DNA of 64,000 nt from Sulfolobales archaeon HS-7 (GTDB lineage: Archaea > Thermoproteota > Thermoprotei_A > Sulfolobales > Sulfolobaceae). Below are positions 57,093 to 64,000 of the stretch, one piece after another. Position numbers and translations under genes: made by a program. The DNA lies in NCBI GenBank assembly GCA_019704295.1, contig AP024596.1:704001-768000 (forward strand), written 5' to 3'. The stretch's first letter is position 1. Every line of letters begins with the position of its first letter. The notes under the pieces were generated by a model. The model had not been told where the DNA came from and did not search any database. It worked only from the letters and a program-made list of their open reading frames with translations.

Positions 57093-57539
57093 ATGGATGA
57101 AGATGAATTAAAAGTTGTAAGAATAGAAGCTTTTTTTACTCCTACACAGGCTACTCCTGTTATTGTATGTTATCTTGAAGATGATAGGCAGTTTGTATTA
57201 TACCATATATTACCAGAAATAATCATTGCTATAAATAAATTATTGGGAGTGGGTGATTATTCAGAACATTTTGGTCATGGAAGAGAAACACTATATGATG
57301 TTTTATCATCTATTAACGAGTTAAGGGACACCTTATCCGAGAAAATATCTAGAGTAGTGATAGATCAATTATATCCCGACCTCGGAGTTTTTAGTGCAAC
57401 CTTAGAGTTGAGGTTTGATGGGGTGATAATTGAGAAAAAGATGGTTCCAAGTCATGCTATCTATCTAGCTCTACTTGCAGATAAGCCAATTTATGTAAGG
57501 AAAAATCTTATCGATAGTCAGCAATCGGAAAATACGTGA
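57093..57539 (+). CDS. bifunctional nuclease-family (DUF151) protein
   Basis: RETLYD, RVVID, PSHAI.LAL...PIYV. Confidence 0.82.
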   Translation: MDEDELKVVRIEAFFTPTQATPVIVCYLEDDRQFVLYHILPEIIIAINKLLGVGDYSEHFGHGRETLYDVLSSINELRDTLSEKISRVVIDQLYPDLGVFSATLELRFDGVIIEKKMVPSHAIYLALLADKPIYVRKNLIDSQQSENT

Positions 57540-57703
57540 TAGGATATAATGATACTTAACCTCTTTCTCTACAGGGGGTTTTCCTTCATACTTTAAAATA
57601 TATCAGATAAACTCATCTAATAGATAGACGTAATATTAGCAGTAGGTCAGTTTTAATAGGCTATTTTAGTAGATAGAGGTATAACAATGTAAAAGGTGTC
57701 GAA

Positions 57704-58285
57704 ATGGAAAGCGAGCAGGATTATATTGAAATGAAACTGTTTGGAAAATGGGATTTCAAAGTAAATATTAGGGATCCCAGTCTTAAGAAATACATATCAA
57801 TTGCTCCCTCAATTTCTATTCATAGTAGTGGCAGGTACCAAAGAAGAAGGTTTGGTAAGTCCAGAATGTTCATAATTGAAAGATTAATGAATGATCTATT
57901 AAGACCTGGGAGAAATAAGGGAAAGAAAATATTAGCATATAACATCATTAGGATGGCGTTCGAAATAGTAGCTGCTAGAACCCATGAAAATCCTCTACAA
58001 GTGCTTATAAGGGCAATTGAAAACGCTGCCCCTAGGGAAGAGACTACTAGGATAATGTACGGAGGAATAGTGTATTATGTAGCAGTTGATGTTTCACCAC
58101 AACGAAGAGTCGACTTAGCATTAAGGAATTTATGTTTAGGGGCTAGGCAAGCATCTTTTAACAAACCAATTCCAATCGAAGAGGCGTTAGCAGAGGAAAT
58201 AATAGCCGCAGCTAATAATGATGAAAAAAGCTTTGCAATCAAAAGGAAGGAAGAGATAGAAAGAATTGCGTTAAGTTCGAGATAA
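57704..58285 (+). CDS. rps7: 30S ribosomal protein S7
   Basis: [39 protein letters not shown]. Confidence 0.97.
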   Translation: MESEQDYIEMKLFGKWDFKVNIRDPSLKKYISIAPSISIHSSGRYQRRRFGKSRMFIIERLMNDLLRPGRNKGKKILAYNIIRMAFEIVAARTHENPLQVLIRAIENAAPREETTRIMYGGIVYYVAVDVSPQRRVDLALRNLCLGARQASFNKPIPIEEALAEEIIAAANNDEKSFAIKRKEEIERIALSSR

Positions 58286-58646
58286 CAGTTGTTTTTCCCT
58301 TACATATTAACTGTTCTACGATGAGTCGGATTCCCTATATCATTTCACCAAAAATTTTTACGGCAGTAAGATATTTATAGTTTTTCTATAAAAATGTAAG
58401 AATAACTCAACCTAAGAAGCAAGATATTCTCTCAGGATTTTAGGTGGAACGAAGTTAAAAAAACTCTAATAGCGGTTTATAAGCAACTCTATTCTCTCTG
58501 ACCTTTATTTCAACCGCTATAGTAAGTGTTAAGAAATCCCTCACTAAGCCTTAATTGTCCTCGCCTACTTAATAATAAATAAGGTGTTACAATAGGTTAG
58601 AACTCGTTTATTCACCCTCCAGCGTTCTAGAAATTACTTCATTTAT

Positions 58647-59953
58647 CTTCATAGCGGTTTAAAAGGGGCGGAAGAACCTTGAGGGCGGATACCCCACCCT
58701 TGTAGTAAAGGATAAATAGTTGTGATTCACGATTCTCCTAATGCTCTATGTGGGGTTTAGATTTAGGGCTTACGTGAAGCGACATTGAGGGCATTAAGGG
58801 CCAGGTTAAAGTTGACGTACGAAACAACACTTTGCGATAAGCAGATTTTTATTTCTATTCGAGGAGTTAACAGTTTTAACCCAAACCGAGTTGAGGAAAC
58901 TCGCCCTAAACCTGAGGAAGCAGAACGAAGAGTATAGAATACCGCACTCTCAAGTTGCTCAGAATATTTCGGATCGCTTTTACTAGGCTAGACGGAGGTT
59001 CTTTGACGAAATAGTGCATTTTCTTAGGAAGAAGCGTAAGTGGTTTTCCCTGGTCTACCCGCAGAGCTGTTGGAAAGTCCTGAGCGTAAGGAAGGTAAGG
59101 AAGAAGAGTAGGGAGGCAGGGAAGGGGCAACTCAAGGAGTTGGTTAAGTTAAGTTTTTCCACTTAGACGTCTTCAAGTTTTTATAAACGGGGACGTCCCC
59201 CTGGACAAGGTCAAGATAGTTATCGTAAAGTTGACGCCTTCGGAGAGAGTCTACATGTCCTTCATGTTCGAGAGATAGAAGTTCCTCAAGCTACCTCAGG
59301 TCAACAAGACCGTTGTGCTGGACATAGGTGTCAAGAACCTCATCATGACGTCAGATGGGGGAGTACTTCTCCAATCTCAGCCCTTACAGGATGGCCTTGT
59401 GGAAGGTGAGGCGCTTGCATAAGATCCTGTCCTGGAAGGAGTTCCTCTCTAAGAACTAGTTCGATACAAAAGTGAAGTTGTCCGAGGTCTACGAGTACCT
59501 TAAGAACCTCAGGAGAGACCTTCACATAAAACTTGGTAAATACTTAGCAAAGAACTACGACGTTCTCATCATGGAGGACGCAAACGTCAAGAAGCTTGTG
59601 GGCAAGCCCCTCCGAAAAACCAGTACACATAACGTAACCTTCCACTAGATGAAGTCCTCCTTGAAATACTAGATGCAAAAGCACGGTAAACGATCACTCT
59701 CGCGAATCCTGTATACACGTCCAAAACATGTGTCAAACGAGGTAACGTGGAGGAAGACCTAACCCATCTTGATCTAACGTTCTCCTGTCCCTAATCTGGG
59801 CGGGTCACTGACCATGATTCCAACGCCTCTCTGAACATTTTGAGTAATTCCTGCAACCCTTAGGACCTGTGAAGCTACATCCCCCTCCGGTTCTTAGGTA
59901 CTAGTCAGGTGGAACCGTGAATCTGGAAGCCCCTTCTAGTGTAGAGTGTTCAC
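58647..59953 (+). pseudogene. tnpB: IS605/IS1341-group element with decayed tnpB
   Basis: Left end after TTTAT; GFRFRAY, LDIGVK, MED.NV, YTSKTC and D.NASLNI remnants with stops; right end ending GTTCAC. Confidence 0.88.
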
Positions 59954-60025
59954 CATCGTAACACACCGAACTTTTGATTAAAACCTTGGAAGCTATGAAT
60001 CTGGAAGCTTACTTCCTAAATGGTA

Positions 60026-60469
60026 TTATCTCACTGGTTTCTGTTTTTTCCCCTTATAGAGGGCATCTAATGAAACTCCATTGACCATTATTACCTTATA
60101 TCTTACTCCTGGGAGGTCTCCCATCGATTTTCCAAGAGTACCTCCTATTCCTGCGATGATCACCTCATCATGCTCATCTATAAAGTTCACTCCTCCATCT
60201 CCAGGAACAAAAGCAGTTACCACTCTTCCATCTTTTACTAATTGAACTCTAACGCACTTCCTAACTGCCGAATTTGGTTGTCTAGACTCTATTCCTACTT
60301 TTTCAAGTACTATGCCACGTGTCATTGGAGCCTTTCCTAAAGGATCAAATTTCTCCTTTAAACGTAATACCCGTATCTTATACGCTCTTAAACTCCATTT
60401 AAACTTCTTTCTCTTCAGTTTCAACTTTCTTGATGCAAATAAACCCTTCGGTGATTTACTTCCTGTCAT
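60026..60469 (-). CDS. rps12: 30S ribosomal protein S12
   Basis: [14 protein letters not shown] and GDLPGVRY. Confidence 0.98.
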   Translation of the reverse strand: MTGSKSPKGLFASRKLKLKRKKFKWSLRAYKIRVLRLKEKFDPLGKAPMTRGIVLEKVGIESRQPNSAVRKCVRVQLVKDGRVVTAFVPGDGGVNFIDEHDEVIIAGIGGTLGKSMGDLPGVRYKVIMVNGVSLDALYKGKKQKPVR

Positions 60470-60473
60470 TTTC

Positions 60474-60899
60474 TCACTCTATTATGACTGAGTCAATGTC
60501 TTTATATCTCTTCAAAATAAGTTTAGCTCTCTGAACGTTTCTTCCGTTCTTACCAATTGCAATACCTTTATCATTAAAGTCGACCCTGATATGCATTACT
60601 TTCTTTGAGTTATTCTGGACAATCTTTATCGCTCTTACTCTCGCAGGGGCCATTATGTTCTCAACTAGTTTCTCCATATCATCGTTATACTCGACTATCT
60701 CTATGTCCTTTCCAATAACGTTCTTAAGTTTTCTAACATTAGTCCCCCCCTTGCCTATCGCTAACCCAGTCTGTCCTGGATTAACGAGGAATATTATCCT
60801 ATCCTCGGTAATAATGCAATCTCTTGCAGTTACCCTTGTAACGTCTTGGAAAAGCGACATATACTTTAGTTCTTCTGGCGTTAATTTTATATCAGGCAT
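60474..60899 (-). CDS. nusA: transcription factor NusA
   Basis: Two KH domains, AIGKGG and AIGKNG. Confidence 0.95.
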   Translation of the reverse strand: MPDIKLTPEELKYMSLFQDVTRVTARDCIITEDRIIFLVNPGQTGLAIGKGGTNVRKLKNVIGKDIEIVEYNDDMEKLVENIMAPARVRAIKIVQNNSKKVMHIRVDFNDKGIAIGKNGRNVQRAKLILKRYKDIDSVIIE

Positions 60900-60905
60900 A
60901 AAAGC

Positions 60906-61199
60906 TTATTCACCTCTAATTTCTAATCCCTCCGCCTCAATAACTCCTATACATGATATCATATACGGTTTACCTAATAGAGCCCCTAACTCATAACCCG
61001 AGCCGTTATATATCTGAACGGGGATATTGGAAGCCGTACATAATCCTAATATTTCATTTTTCAACTCATCATTTATATTATTAGATAAAAACACATATTT
61101 ACATTTACCTTTTTTTATTGCCTTTATTGTTGTCTTAGATCCGATCACGTATTTACCGGTTCTAACAACCTGCTTTATATCAATATTAGGTTTTGAAAT
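60906..61199 (-). CDS. rpl30e: 50S ribosomal protein L30e, putative ATT start
   Basis: TGKYVIG and GSGYELG..GKPY; the conserved N-terminus extends 17 codons upstream of the track GTG. Confidence 0.93.
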   Translation of the reverse strand: MSKPNIDIKQVVRTGKYVIGSKTTIKAIKKGKCKYVFLSNNINDELKNEILGLCTASNIPVQIYNGSGYELGALLGKPYMISCIGVIEAEGLEIRGE

Positions 61200-61205
61200 T
61201 TCATT

Positions 61206-64000
<2,795 letters not shown>

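Overview
AT-rich core-genome segment of a Sulfolobales (Thermoproteota) archaeon, identified from Cren7, an Sso7c4-like protein, split rpoA1/rpoA2, Cdc6-1, Tes and GGGP synthase. It is dominated by information-processing genes. It also holds six tRNA genes (two with introns), the RNase P RNA, four box C/D sRNA candidates, an ORB-containing replication origin and many IS relics and MITEs (IS200/IS605-TnpB, ISH3-like, IS110). No CRISPR array or provirus was seen. Main observations: (1) spt4, tsr3 and rpl30e have no in-frame ATG/GTG/TTG ahead of their conserved N-termini and appear to start at ATA, ATC and ATT. (2) Two copies of an omegaRNA-bearing IS605 MITE, identical over 298 bp, flank a divergent ndk as inverted repeats, and five left ends of this family share a TTTAT target motif. 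(3) The ORB cluster lies about 7 kb from cdc6-1. (4) The DUF151-rps7 pair is inverted inside the str operon. (5) RNase P RNA helix P4 has a bulged A where a U is normally conserved. (6) tRNA-Tyr has two introns, one in the T-loop. (7) A K-turn hairpin RNA candidate lies divergent from tRNA-Phe. Product names come from recognising sequence motifs by eye; no database searches were run.
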